The notes beneath the pieces are model-generated. The model saw only the letters and a list, made by a program, of their open reading frames with translations. It searched no databases and was not told the DNA's origin. From assembly GCF_009914755.1 (NCBI RefSeq), contig NC_060925.1: 64,000 bases of DNA; one strand, given 5' to 3'. Positions 11,501 to 25,571 of the stretch are shown piece by piece. Position 1 is the first letter of the stretch, and every line of letters starts with the position of its first letter. The position numbers were made by a program, and so were the translations under genes. The stretch comes from the human T2T-CHM13v2.0 reference genome, Homo sapiens.

Positions 11501-13537
11501 TATAGTAAAATATAGCATATTATTAAGGGGAAAAGAGCCAAACACATAAAGAAATTTGAAAGAGAAGTGGAAAAGAAATCAATTCAATTAGGCAAGATGA
11601 AGAATAAAGTGGAGGATGGAAATTAGAAATTTATTTATTAGCAGAAAACTAATACTTCTAAATATTTTTGAAGGTCCTTATTAGGAATGCTCAGCCCTGG
11701 GCTGGGTGTTGCACCCTTCAGTCTTTAAAGAGATTACAGTCAAGTTGGTAGGACAGGCCTTCTATGTAAATGTTTAGATGATCACAAAAAGATTAGAACC
11801 ATGGCAGTTCTGGGCATGACAAATGTCAAGTAAACGTTCCAGATCAGCTCTGGTCTGAATTATAGGAGTCGGGGGATTCATTGTGGAACAAGATGGTAAA
11901 ACCATTTCTAGAAAGGATGTGGGTCAAGAGCTGGACCTATATCCCTTGAGAGATAGGTGGGAATGACCCAGCAGACAGATGTGAACAAAAGCAATAAACA
12001 GTAATGCTCTTGGTGTGGGCAAGGCCCAGTAAATCACTCCTTCTGCCACTGTGCTGAGCAGATGTTTCATGAATAGGGGAAGAGTGGGAAAAACAACATA
12101 TGAGGGCAATAAATCCTTTTAAGGTCTCCTTCTAGTCAATAGTTGTGACTTCCCAACTCAATGAACCTTTAGTTTTAAGTCACTAAGAAGAAACAAAACT
12201 AAGAAATTGTCCATTCTTTAAAGGCAGACACCCTCACCTCTTCCCCACTGTGGGTGGTACTTATAGAGATGGCACACCCAGAGATGGGCAGAGAGAGGAA
12301 GAGGATGTGGCACACCACTCGGATAGAGAGGTCAGAGGGATCAACAGCCTGCTGTCTGCCAGGACTTTTAAGAAAATGCTCCTTGGTCTTTGGCTGTGTC
12401 TTATTGACTTAACCTGTATATAGAAGAAAGGAATTTTTGTAGGTCAGTCAAATGTATAAATGCCCTTATAAATTAATATATCAATGACATATTCAATACA
12501 TACACCACTTTTCAACTTCTGTAGCTTTTATACTTTGTATGAAGAGAAGGAACATTGAAGGAGCTTGCTAGATTATCCAGCTCAGACCCACCCAGGCAAT
12601 TCATAGGCAAAATACTTGTTTCCTCAGAGGGTTTGCAGGAATAAGCTGGTGTTGGGGGAAGGGGGAGGGAAGGAAAGGAAAATGAAAACAATGTGTAAAA
12701 TAAAAATCACAAAGAGAAGGCCCTGGCTTTGTCTCCTTCCATTGTCACTTCCCCATCTCAATAGCACTCTCTTAGTGATTCCTTCCTGTCCCTGACTCTG
12801 GCTTCTTCCAAGTGCACTCCTAGTTCCCTTCCAGGCCTTCATGTCAGGAAACCAGCCTCTGCTTATCTGTGGTTAGGATGAGCCAGTTGTCAAAAAAAAT
12901 TCTCTAGTTCCAGAGCTTTCATTCTCCTCATAAGTTACCTTTCTGAGCCCTCCTTCTACATAGCCAAATGTCTCTTTCCTCCTAGAACAAAAGAAGAGAA
13001 AACTGCTTTCCTATGAGCCCCCTCTTCTGAAGAGACATTTCCTGGCAGCGTGCTGTGGTCTTGTCTGGAGGTAGGCTTTAGTTGCTTGAGGTTTCAATAA
13101 TTTTCATAACGAACAAGGGCTACAAGTAGGTAAGCCTTATTTACTTTTGGTAAGTAGACATTTGGGGGGATAGATGATTCATTTTGACATGTTCTGCTAC
13201 AATTTTACCATAATTGCAAGAGATTATACAGGAAAATGAAAGCAGGGAGGAGCACTGGAGAAATCACCAAATAGACAAGCCCACTCCATCTTATAACATT
13301 ATAGTTATAGCCATTGGACAGAGACAGAGGTTTTCTTTTAGCCATGCCACAATGTATACATATTTCAAATTATCATGTTGTACATGATAAACCCATTAGA
13401 TTCCCAATTAAAAACCCAGTTAGAGTCCAAACAATATGTGCCATAGATAAAAGACACTCCCAGGAAGCTTGTAGTACTTTAATATGGTTGATGGTTGTTT
13501 AAACTTTATTCCTTTTCAAGAAAAATACAATTCAAGT

Positions 13538-13637
13538 CATTTGCTTGTTTGTATATAGTGGTCAATAGTTATTACATTTGCTTGCTTGTATATAGCAACA
13601 CATTTACTTGCTTGTATATAGTGGTAAATAGTTATTA
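13538..13637. repeat. Three imperfect tandem copies of CATTTGCTTGYTTGTATATAG(TGGTMAATAGTTATTA)
   Basis: Read directly. Confidence 0.85.
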
Positions 13638-14269
13638 AATATAGATAATAGTGAATATAAATGAAATAGGGTTTCCCTAGCTGAGCATATAGACATCTTA
13701 TTTAATCACGCCATTGAATACTCATTAATCCAAATGTGAAGCATCTGTGTTATTCTCTGAGGCTGTTTTGTTCTCCTCTGTGTGGATCCAAATACTAGGG
13801 CCAATAAAAGGTCATTGCTGACATGGCCTGTGATGTCCCTTTGGAATAGAACAATGATGGTCCAGGTGGTGTACCTTTCATGAAGACAGATAGCCTGTAT
13901 TGAGCATGGAAGAGCTTAGACAGTGGGATAGAACCCTTTTTAAGAACCCTTTTTTTTTTAAGGTTTTATTTTTTTGATCTCATCGAAGATCAGCTCTGGT
14001 CATCTCAGAAGTACAGAGTGCTGTATTATGGTTCTTTTACTGATCTTCCGGAAGGAGAAGCAAAGTGCAACATACTGTGGGCCCCTACCTTAAATGGGAA
14101 TGTTGGGTAGTTACTCCAGCTAGAAAACCACAAGGGCCAGGTGTATGTATTGGTCATGGAGACTTTGTTGTTTGTGTAACTAAGTACCCAAATTCAGTGT
14201 TGAAAATAAGGTCCCCAGATTTCTGAGCCTGCTTTTAAATATTTGATCAACATATTTCTCGAGAGAGAC

Positions 14270-15215
14270 AGAGAGCAAACTTAGCTGTCTCATATGTACC
14301 TGAAAATGAACATTCCTTGAACTAAATTATGGCCCTCCTCCTCCTCCCTACCACCTGCCCCACCAACTTCCCTGCTCTGAATCTCAGTAAATGGCACTGT
14401 TCTCCACACATGAGGCCAGGGATCAGGGATCACTTCTGATTACGCTCTCTCCTTTACTCCTCTGTCCAACCCATTACCAAGTCTACCACCTCCATGCTTT
14501 CCATCCTGTAAGATTCTTTCCCATCCTTGTCCTTTCACTTGGTTTCCTGCTCTTCTGGCCCTACTCTTGACCTCCAGGAATCCATTCTTCACCTTGCTAT
14601 TGGAGTATTCTTTTAAGATCACATATCACACATCTGGTTCTGCTGTTCACTTCTTTGCTTAAAACTCTTCCAGGGCTTCTCATTGAGGTGAGCCCCAATT
14701 TCTTAACTTGGCTCACCTACTGATGTGGCCCTCTGGCTACTTGTGCCACTACACTGACTCTTACCCCTCCAGCCTCAGTGGAAGCCTCCCAATTTCTGTT
14801 CCTGCCATCTTCTGTGTGGACCTGAATACTAGGGCCAATTAAAGTTCATGCGCTGAAATGTCCCTTCATGTGCTGTCCCTTTACCTGACCCTCCTTCCCC
14901 CAAGTCACACACTCTTTGTTTAAATAACTCCCACTTATTGTTCCAGGCTCAAATTAAATGCGACTTTCTTCAAGAAGGCCTTCTCTGGCTCCACCAGACC
15001 CTAAAAGTTCCCCTAGCTGTACATGTCCAGAGGCCCCTGTATTCTTCTTTGTAGTACTTTTGCACATTAGAAATTTCTTCATTATGTATATTTATGTATT
15101 TAATGTGTGTCTTCTCCACTTGACCATAAGGGCGAATTCCCTTCTATTCACTGCTGTGTACCTAGTGTCCAGTGTTGTGCCTGGCACATAAGGCACCCAA
15201 AAAACATTCTCTGAC
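14270..15215 (+). mobile_element. L2 LINE 3' portion
   Basis: Pyrimidine-rich L2 sense sequence ending gtgcctggcacataaggcaccc. Confidence 0.8.
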
Positions 15216-17529
15216 TAATGCTGACTCCCTGGATCAGGGTAATTTTGCCAGCAAGTAGCAGAATTCTCAGACTCAAATGTGCCTTTAATATAAGGTTTGC
15301 AATTCTTTCATGTGTCAGAAAGTTCAGAGATAGGGCAGGTTTCAAAGTGTTGATTTAGCAGCCCAAAGGGTTACAGCATTCTGCTTTCTACCATGCTGGC
15401 TTCTTCTTGGGTCAATTTCGGTGTGTGGTAATCAGAATACTTGCATAGAGTCTGCCTTGCTTCTCACCAAGGGTGAGTGGGAAGTGACTGTGGCCACGGA
15501 TACATCAGAGGGAGCCAGGCTTAGGGTCTTCAGAAGTGACAAGACCCCATGGGTTGGCCACGGCACATCCTGCCTGCTGTTGCTGCTAATTCAGCAGTGG
15601 TTTCCAAGACCCCAAAGATTCCATGAAAACTAGCACTTAGGTAGTATGCTTTATTGAAGATCTCTTAAATAAAGTATTGACCATCACATTCACAGTTCAG
15701 TGCGGGCTTCTCTGGCAAAAGAACAAAAGACAGTGAAAGAAAATGAGGGTGAGAGCAAAACTGACCCTCAGATTGTCTTCATTTTCCAAGGATTCAAATT
15801 GAAACACTTGCAAGCAAAACCCTCTTTTCTAGGAGAGCCAGAAGTGGACTTATTTTGCCTTTTCTGAAAAGAAATGAAGGCTTCCTGAATGTTTGGCTTT
15901 CTTAGTGACTTCAAAAATGCCACCAAATTTTCATTTTGGAATCTTATGGAGATGTTTAGATTCTGAATATAAACAAGCAGTACTTAACATTTATTTTCTC
16001 TTTTAGATAATGGGCCTGAATTTATGTATACTGAGTTAAAACCTCATGCTCTAATTAAGAAGAGCCAGGATTCTCTTTTTCTATTTTCTAAATTCTGTGG
16101 GAACCCATAGTTAACCTTCAGACTCCTTGCTTTGACAAAACACTTAAATTTTTAAAAATTACACATGAGGAGCAGAGAGAGAGCGAACAGATCTCAACGA
16201 TAAATAAAGCATGAATTGACTTTAGTGGCAAAAGCATGGCAAGTACTGTGGCTAGGGCTTAATTCCCGGTGAACGAAGAATACTCGGACATTGACAGATT
16301 CAAGTAAATGAAGACGCTCGGTTGGTGGCTTCTGAGAAAAATGTTTTCCTGGCCGGGGGTGTGGAAATCAGGTTCCAATGTGTCTGTAGGTACAGCTTAT
16401 TCTCTCTGATGGTCTTTCTTTTTCTTTGTTTATAACTTGATAAGACTGCATTGTTGTTCTTTCTAACCTTTTATTTTATTGCTCTTAAAACAACTTAGTG
16501 ATCTAAAGATACTGGGGAAATCTGTTCTCAAGTAAAACTTTTGTTTCCAAGTGGGATGTGGGAGGTGGAGGTCACCTTGGGTACTCCCTGCTCTGCCGAT
16601 TTCTGAGTGAGAAGACACCTGCTTCAGTTGACACGCTGAAAACAAGCTAAACAGCTAGAGCTTTTTCTTTTGATCTCTCCCATGGTGTGGGATTTCCTCA
16701 CCTCACATTTGCTGAGCATTGATTTCCACTGCAGATATAAGGTGTCTGAGTTTGTCACTGTTTCCCCACACTGTTTGTCAACTTTTACTTTTTGTTTAAT
16801 CAGGCAGCCCCATGGGGGTGGAATATTATTCATTGTTCCAAGTAGTGCATAATCAGACAACCTGAGGATGTTTGCAGCCTTTGATGTATGAAATTGTGTC
16901 TCTCTCTGGGGACTCCTCAGCTGTAGATTTGATGGGTGTTTTCCATGTTCGCTTTGCAGGCTGAGCTGTCTACTCTTTATGAGGCTGGGAGATGAGGTGT
17001 TGGGGAGAAGAGATGAGAAAATTGCTTTTCTCTTTTTTGCTAACCTATGCATTTGTTTTTAAGATACTTGCAGAATACTGAAGAAGACAATCTAGCTTTG
17101 AAGTCTGTACTTATCCTTCTCCCCATACTTACACCAATTGATTCTGAAATGACCCAGTGGCTGGGACTGGCTGGTTGGGGGCAACTTCTTCTTTATCCTT
17201 TCTCTATGTCCCTCCAGAAGCTTCAGTCTCAACAGTAGGGACTGCATTTTATTAACAAACAAGTTCCATTCTGCTGTCAAGAGTATGTGAGTAATTTTCT
17301 CTTCAGGTTGAAGAACAAAATAAAATGATCAGAAAAAAGCTAACCAATTTCAATTAGTAGAGGACTATCCTTCTTTTACACATCCCACTCAAAACTTTAA
17401 GATCAAAATGATAGAGTAAAATTGCTTTATACAACCGAAAAACTAAATCCCGTCTCAAAGAGGTTAATAACTTTCATGACAGAACCTGATTTACAAAGCA
17501 CATGGGCTCCTCTTGTTCATTTTCATGCC

Positions 17530-18005
17530 AGCAGCCACAGTAATGATTTAGAAAACATAAACTAGATTGTACAGCTCCCCAGCATTAACCCCTTCATAAT
17601 TTTCTGTTACTCTAAGGATAACATCTAAACTCTTGACCATGGCCTGTCTGGCCTGTGTGGTCTGGCCCCTTTCTACCTCCCCATCCTCATCTCCACTATG
17701 CTCCAACTGCACTGGCCCCTTTGACTCCGGGAACCATCACACTCTAACCCCAGAGTCTTTGCACATGCTATTTCTTCTTCTTGAAATGCTTCTCTTTACT
17801 CATAAGCTCCATATGTGGCTTGTTTGCTCTCGGGTGATCTCAGAAAGGCCTTCCGCAGTCATGCTAACAAGAGCCCTCCCCACTATTCTGTATTACTACA
17901 CTCTGTTCAATTACCTCATGCATTTATCAATAACTTTTGATTATCAGTGTGCTTATTTCCTTGTGAATTGTCTGTCTCTCCTTATTGGACTACAAAGACT
18001 ATGCC
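17530..18005 (+). mobile_element. L2 LINE fragment
   Basis: ctaaactcttgaccatggcc..., gtctttgcacatgctattt..., ctcagaaaggccttcc. Confidence 0.7.
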
Positions 18006-18089
18006 TGTCTTTTATTCTTCTCTTTTTTTCTCTGTTTTCATTTCTTTTTTTTTTTAAGGTGAGCAGGAGAACTAGAAGAAGCAATTATA

Positions 18090-18615
18090 TATAGGTTTAT
18101 TTTAAAAGTTATGGTATAATTTACATAAAACAAAGAAGGAATATTTTAAATTTTCAGTAACCACCATTCGTAATAAGATACAGACTTTTCCCAACATCCT
18201 TGAAAGTTCCCTCATGCCCTTCTCCAGTTAATCCCTCACCAAAGGTAACCATTTTTGGACTTATGTCACTATACCTCAGTTTTTCCTATTCTTGGCTTCT
18301 TACTTTCATTATGTTGTAATGTCTTTAAGATTCACTCATGTTGTTGCATGTATCAGAAGTTCATATATTTTTATTGCTGAATAGTTTTCCATTGTAAGAA
18401 TACACTAAAAATTGTTTCTCCATTCTCTGTTGATAACGTCTGGGTCATTTCCAGATTTTGTCTTTTATGGATAAATTTGTTATGACTATTCTTGTACAAC
18501 AAGTATTTTATGGGCATATTATTCATTTTGGGGGGGCATTCACCTAGAAGTGGAATTGCTGACTCATGGGGTAGATGCATATTTAACCTTATGAAAAATG
18601 ACCAAAAACATTTCC
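18090..18615 (-). mobile_element. Old L1M (L1ME/MC-like) 3' fragment
   Basis: cacctagaagtggaattgctgactcatggggtagatgcatatttaac is a typical L1M antisense sequence. Confidence 0.75.
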
Positions 18616-19062
18616 ATGAGCGAGGGCTTAGCTTAATTAAAGTGATTGATTTGCATTCAATTGATGTAGGATAGAGTCTTGCATGCAGTCCTTAAAGTTT
18701 ATTACAGAAATTTTATTACAGAAATTAATACTTACCTTAGTAAGTAGAATATACTTTTATTCATTGAAATACAACTGATTTTTAATTTTAGGGCTTGTTT
18801 TATTCACTAAAATATTCCTTATTCTTTATTCTAGGGCTTCACACATGGTGGTTATTTATGATCTCTCTGTTGAATGATTTAATGCTGTTTTTAGCCTTCT
18901 GACTTCCTGAGAGGCATTGATCAATTATTCAAGGGTGGAATTTGTATTGAGAAATTATGACTCTAAGGTAAAACTTAAATCATCATTATGATAAACAGAC
19001 AAATACAAGAAAAATACACAAGGTAAATTGTGAAATTAGGCCTCAGCCTCAGGATTGTTTTG

Positions 19063-19228
19063 TCCTTCCTTTCTTCCCTCCTTCCTTCCTCCTTTCCTTC
19101 CTTCCCTCCTTCCTTCCCTCCTTCCTTCCATCCGTCTTTCCTTCTATCCTTCTTTCCTTCCATCCTTCCTTCCTGTTTTCCTTTCTGTCTTTCTTATTTT
19201 TCTTCTTTCTTTATCTTTTTCTTTTTCC
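19063..19228. repeat. (CCTT)n-type polypyrimidine low-complexity tract
   Basis: Read directly. Confidence 0.9.
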
Positions 19229-20699
19229 ATGACCACTACTTCCTAAGCAGAAAATATTTTCTACCCTTTGGTACCATAAGTTGAGCCTTGTGTGGGTTTT
19301 GGTTATAATTTTTCTTCCCGAGAGAACAGAATAATTTGTAAGGAGGGCTAGTCATTGAGCACCCATTGAAAAACTGATGGGTAAAATATGCCTTGGATCT
19401 TCCAACAGATCAAGGGCAGAACAAAGTTACATCACTCAGCTCTCCTTATTCCTGATCACGAATTCACTATGAAAACTCATTGCTTCCTCTCAATACCAGT
19501 GAGTCAGGCCAAAATCGACACTTGGTGGGTGGGCACATTGGGTGCTTCTCTCAGGGTGAAGTCTCAAGGCATCTCATTCTTGATTTGAAATGATTCAAAT
19601 GGGTTGCCACTTCTCTTTTGGAACCTTTATTCCTTTGTTTTTCCTGGGAAATCTTCAGGAAGCCTCTGGAAGTTCCCTTGGATGAGTGAATCTGGGTTGT
19701 GGGGGAATGAGAGTGAGGATGGGAAAGGAAGGAAGAGAGTAGGAAGTGGGTAGCAATTACATTGATTTAAAAAATCAGATGCTGGTTTTGTGAGTAACTC
19801 CTTAAAAGCCCAAGTCCTTCCGCTGTTCATGAATATTTGCATAACTGCTAATTAATGCTTGGGAGAACTGAATCACTGGAATGTCATGGGGGCAGATTAT
19901 TTCTACTAGGCCTGGTGGAATCTTCTTGTGGTGGGCATGGCCTGCCTGGGCTTCTACAACTAACATCCAGGAGCAGAAGCCCCTCCATTTCTAGCAGTTG
20001 ATGAGGGTTGTAGTGCTGATGAACACTGATGACTTGGAAAGCTTTTAGAACTTAGATAGGGGTCGGGGGGAAGTGCAGACCCTTTGATTTTCCTTTCCCA
20101 GGATGGGAAAGAGCTCATACGATATGTCAATAGAAGGACTTTATAATATGTTCTGCAAAGCCATTAAGAATAATTTGTTCGTATTTCTCACCCTTCCTAC
20201 TTCAAAAAACATCTTGTGTCAAGCTATAATTTTTTTTAAAGTATAATACAGGACAGGTAAAACAGTATAACAGAAACTATTTTAATGGAAAGGAGGCAAC
20301 TTTACAGCAAAACTGAGATGATGTTTTCATTATCATCAGGTACTACATTTGGCCCTGACTTTCTGGGCAGTCTTAGCAAAACAATGACAACAACTAAAAG
20401 GCAAACGAAAAAGAGACAGTTCTTGTGGTTTAGTTAAACAGAACTATAAAAATTCATTTCTAACAGAAATTAACTTAGTGTATTTCCTTATAATGGATAA
20501 TAAATACAGAATTTGGCAATACCTGTGCAGATGTTCTATTGGTAGATGCCTCTTACAATCACCCAAAATTCAAGGGCATAATATTAAGTTATGCTCATTG
20601 AAGGAATTCATACGGGGAGCTAAGCTAATATTATTTTGTTTAAAGATTATCTAATTTGACATGGTATTAGAATTTTGTTGGAATTAAGAATTTATTACT

Positions 20700-21150
20700 A
20701 GAGTTAACTTTCTTATGCTATGGACCTCTTTTAAAATAGTATTTTACATGCATACAACAAAGTATATAAGATTACAAGGAAATTAATGATATTGAAATAC
20801 AGTTATTGAACTATTTGAAAAATTGTGACATATTAATATATATTAACACATTAAATAACAAGATCTATCAGCTTCTGCATAAACTACCATAGTTTAAAAT
20901 AGTGATAAATGTAAGTGCTATCTCAACAAATTTGTATAACTTTAATGTGATAAGAAAAATATCTGTGGTTTCCATTATCAGTCATATATACTGCTAATAT
21001 TACTTTGGTTTATTTCGTACATTAATGTAAGAAGAGAATGTAAAATATTAGTTAGAAGTAAGCAAAAATAAAGGTGTTTTTTTTTCCATCTGAGTTCATG
21101 AACCCCTTGTATTTTATCCATGGGATCCTTGGGATATATGGACATCAGTT
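20700..21150 (+). mobile_element. Charlie4a-like hAT DNA transposon, decayed
   Basis: tatggacc...gattacaaggaaattaatgatattgaaatacagttat. Colinear with the copy at 58706-59233. Confidence 0.7.
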
Positions 21151-22049
21151 GATAAGTAATAACTCTGAGAAATGAAAGTGGGTAAGATAACCCATCTTCA
21201 CTTAATTTTGTCAGGAGCTTGATAAGAGTCAACCCAATATTGATTGAGTGACTTAAGTAAAGATATAATTGTGAATTATGACAGAGATCCTTCAGTTTTA
21301 GATAACAAGAACAAAAGTTAACATTATATTGTAAAAACACTTTCAGTCTTCCATTTGCTTTTCTTTGTTATCTTGATTTTTAATTATTTATCGAATAACT
21401 TTTTAACAACAATGAAAAATACATCTTATTTCACTTTTCTCTCATGCCTTGGCAAAGAAGATAGAAATATAATTCTTTATGTTTGAATACATGAAAGAAT
21501 GAGTGAATGAATTTGTTATTGGTATTCTTATTCTCTAGCTTCAGTCTTTCAATAAGTCTTTCTCTGAGATGCTAACAAGTAATATATAAAATTGATTACA
21601 TAGAATTTCCTTGTCTTTTATCTCTCCAATCTTTTGCTTTGTGGAGATTTCAACACTTTTAGCAATAAAAAAATCATGTATTTGTATATTAAGGTCATTA
21701 TATCATCAGCACCTGATTCACTGAAATTTCTTAAATTTAAGGACATCAGTGAATGACTGTCTGGTACTCAGAAAGTCCAGACAAGTGAGGCCTTTTCTTC
21801 TGCTTCCATTTTCCTTTTTTATGATTCATAGCTGACAGTGCAAAGACAGAGGAGAAAGAAACAGTGTAAAAGCAGGAAGACAGAAAGGGTGGTGAGAAGA
21901 CAGAAAAGTAATAGTGAGACAAGGGGATGGAGGAGAAGAAAAATAAAAGAAATCTTTATTTGTGCCAAAAATGTACTATCATTTCATCATTCACATGGAT
22001 CATTTGTAGCTGCTTTGTGTATACCTATGGGGTGATAAAGTTTCTATAA

Positions 22050-22215
22050 AAGGGTATCTCAAAGTGTGGACTGAAGAACGCCTGTGGTGTTTGTTTCTAA
22101 TGTAGTTTCCTAGACCTGCCTCCCAATACACTGAATCAAAATCCCTGTGGGACCCAGTATTGTGCATTTTCACAAGCTTTCCAAGTGGTTCCAGTGCTCA
22201 TAGAGAACCACTGAT
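22050..22215. mobile_element. MER5-family hAT fragment
   Basis: tctcaaagtgtgg...actgaatcaaaatccctgtgggaccc...gagaaccactg. Confidence 0.7.
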
Positions 22216-23929
22216 CTTGCTAAGAGGTAAAAACTTGGCTGACTCTTGCTAAGGTAAAGTGTATCTAATTTCCACCTTCTGAATTAGGCAGGAAAGAAAA
22301 TCTGCTTTTTCACCCACTGATATCAACACTGCACTATAATTCAGGGATTTTGAAATTTGGCCAAATAATAGGTTAAGTGTTTTATTCATTTTAGCCAGTG
22401 ATTAACAAGAAAAAATGGTAGCTTGCACACTGACTTAATTTGCATGGGCCTCTTGTTTTCCTCCTCAGCTTGTAAGAAAAGAAGGGACAGAATCAAGCTC
22501 TCCTGCTGATCCTGAGTATGTGAATTTGTTTAGGGGAGATTTTTACCCATGGGAATCTGCCAGTCATTCTTGGATGATAGCTAGCACAGGCAGAAATCTA
22601 TATATTGAAGTACCTTTATATTATTCTCTAGAGAGAAAGAGCTATAAAACCAACCCCCAAATAATTTACCTCAGCTTTTGAAAGCATAGTCTTAATTATA
22701 TTGCCTTTTCTTTTAGCATTGGGATTTGTCTTCCTAAGCCTCCTTTAAAATTCATTTTTTTCCTTTTTATGAAGGTACTTCATGAAGCTTAAGTATCCAA
22801 AATAGCCGTACTCACTGTAGAAGTCATCTAGAGCACTTTTCTAAGCTCTCTTTAGTCCACAATATTTCTATTAATTCCCCAGAGATACCAAACAACATTA
22901 AGAGGATCTCTGACAATCTGGCCATCTCTCTAGCCTCATTCCACATCTCAAGATCAGAAACAAAGATTCCTTAAATGTAAATGTAAAAGTAAAAAAAAAT
23001 TAGATGAGAATGACACTATTTGAAGGTGCAAAATTCTGAGAGCGAAGTAAACTATCAACCTCCCTCTGATAATAAATAGAATACAATTTAAAAAGACAAT
23101 ACTAGTGATTTTGAAGTCTGTGATTTCTTTTTGAAGACAATTCTTCACATATGCATTTTTACTGATATTTAAGTAATTTCAAAACTGGCTATACAGCATT
23201 TAACTGAGGCACTAACCACTTTCTTGGTTTTCTTGGGATCACTGTCATTTAAAGGAAAGAGGCCTAAATCCTGGAAAAATAATCTATTTGAGAATTATGA
23301 CAATTCCTTTCTACCAATCACCTGAATGACACACTATTATGCTTTTCAGGACAGACTCTTTACCTTAAGAATTAGTCAATCTACGTTACTCTGTTAACAT
23401 TTTGTTATTTTATAGGTTAGATAATATAGTATCACTTCAAAGTTTAGAGTATTTTGAAGCATGAATTACAGAATTAACAGTTGTAAACAGGTTGCAAGAG
23501 ATGGAGAAGTCAACCAACATCATCTTTCATCCTTCTGTGTACACAGCCTAGTGGTACTGTGGGTATCTGTTCATATTTAATAACTTCTGAGAAGTTGCTA
23601 AGTGGACTCCTAGTTGCTTCTTTTTTCATAATGTCCAAGGTTTCTTTGAGAAATTACTTTATTTATCAACTATGTAATAGGAACAAGTTTTAACCATGCA
23701 GGACTGATGAGAGTCTGTCTTAATTCATATGGACTGGCTTCTGTGTCTTTCTTATGACCTCCATACACTCTTGACTGCCAGTTCTGCTTTGCTTATCTGG
23801 ATTGGGTTGGTCTGGAGTTGAAATATAACCAAGGACAACTGGATTTTTGTCCAGTGGATTATAATGTTTAAGTATTTTTACCGACTTTTGGAGAGAAGGC
23901 TGTTGAGGAAAGGTAGAAAGAACAGTTGT

Positions 23930-24200
23930 ATATTTCTGACTCAAATGTGGTCCAAGGGGATGCCCTATGGACTGGAACATGGAAAGTGATCTTCCATTCT
24001 CTGTACTGGTTAGACTATACTTGGAATTCTGTGCCTAGTTCAGTGAGCCTCATGTAGGAATGTCCTGGACAAGCTGTGGCATGTCGAGTAGAGAATGATC
24101 AGGACACTTGAGGGGATTTTGATCCTTTAGGTAGGTAGAGAGCTCAAAAGAATGAGGGTGTGTAGTCTGGAGAAAATTAAGAGTAACAGGAAAAGAAAAC
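23930..24200 (+). mobile_element. L3/CR1 LINE fragment
   Basis: tctctgtactggttagactatacttggaattctgtgcctagttc...ggacaagctgtggcatgtc resembles the CR1 RT C-terminal region (LVRPHLEYCVQFW...DKLERVQ). Confidence 0.65.
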
Positions 24201-25134
24201 AGGTTTTTGAACTAAATGACTTCCAAGGCCACACACAGGGTTAACACTGTGAGCCTAGGAAAAATCTACCCCAGTCTTGCTCTTTCTACTTGAAGTTCGT
24301 CTCCACAGTACCACCTCTTTAGTGCTCATCTAGGGGCCTAGAGGCTCTGCAGCAGTGACCTCTCCTGATGGACTCCTTTGTGTGCCTCTAGGGAGATGCC
24401 TGAGCAGCATGTCTAAAACAAACCAGTTTCTACTTCATCAGAGTGAGCCCCTGGAGGGGGGTCAAGACAGTCTGGAAGGTCATCCAGCAGACACAGTCTA
24501 TTCCAGTGTTTGTCACAAAAGCTATTGTTCAGGTCAACTGACTTGCCCATAATTCCAGAGCTGAGCTTCTTAACATACTTTAATAATCATTGTTCAGAGT
24601 ATCACCCGGTGTAGGTGAAGATAAAGTTACTGATTTGCAGACTTTTGGACTGACTCCCCAGAACCATATGTAATCACTGCCGCCCACTCAAAGCATTATT
24701 TCTCTCCCTCTTGGCATAGGCTGGGGTGGTATCATTTAGAGTCCTGTCTTTCATCTTCCTCCACTTGTGCATAGGCAGGGTTTCCTATCCTCACCTCCTC
24801 CTCTCCCTCCCTGTGACTCTCTGTCATGTGATGGAAACATGCAGAGGAGATTCATCTTGTTGTGCTGCTCTCTGGGGAGGCCTATTCTAAAGTACAAACA
24901 GAAGACCAAATAGAATGATTGAAAAAAATAGTTGAGATTATTTTGAATAGTCAATAAGAAAACCATGTTGCAAAACCCACATCAAAAGCCCAGCTGTTGG
25001 GGTATACCTTTCAAATTCCACTAACTACAGAGGCCACATACAGGGAGGGGGCCATGGAGGAGGAGGTGTGCTTGCAAAAAGACAGAAAAGGTCAGGGTGA
25101 TAATGAAAAATAATTGCTAGAAAAACAAGCTGGA

Positions 25135-25571
<437 letters not shown>

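Noticed and set aside
15983-16006. Strong-looking 3' splice site (CTTAAC branch point, pyrimidine tract, TAG); similar ones at ~17306 and ~22468
   Set aside because: No convincing paired donor or coding frame. Such motifs are frequent by chance, although lncRNA exons cannot be excluded without RNA data.
16280-16330. ATTGACAGATT resembling 18S rRNA
   Set aside because: Only an ~11-nt match; the flanks do not follow rRNA.
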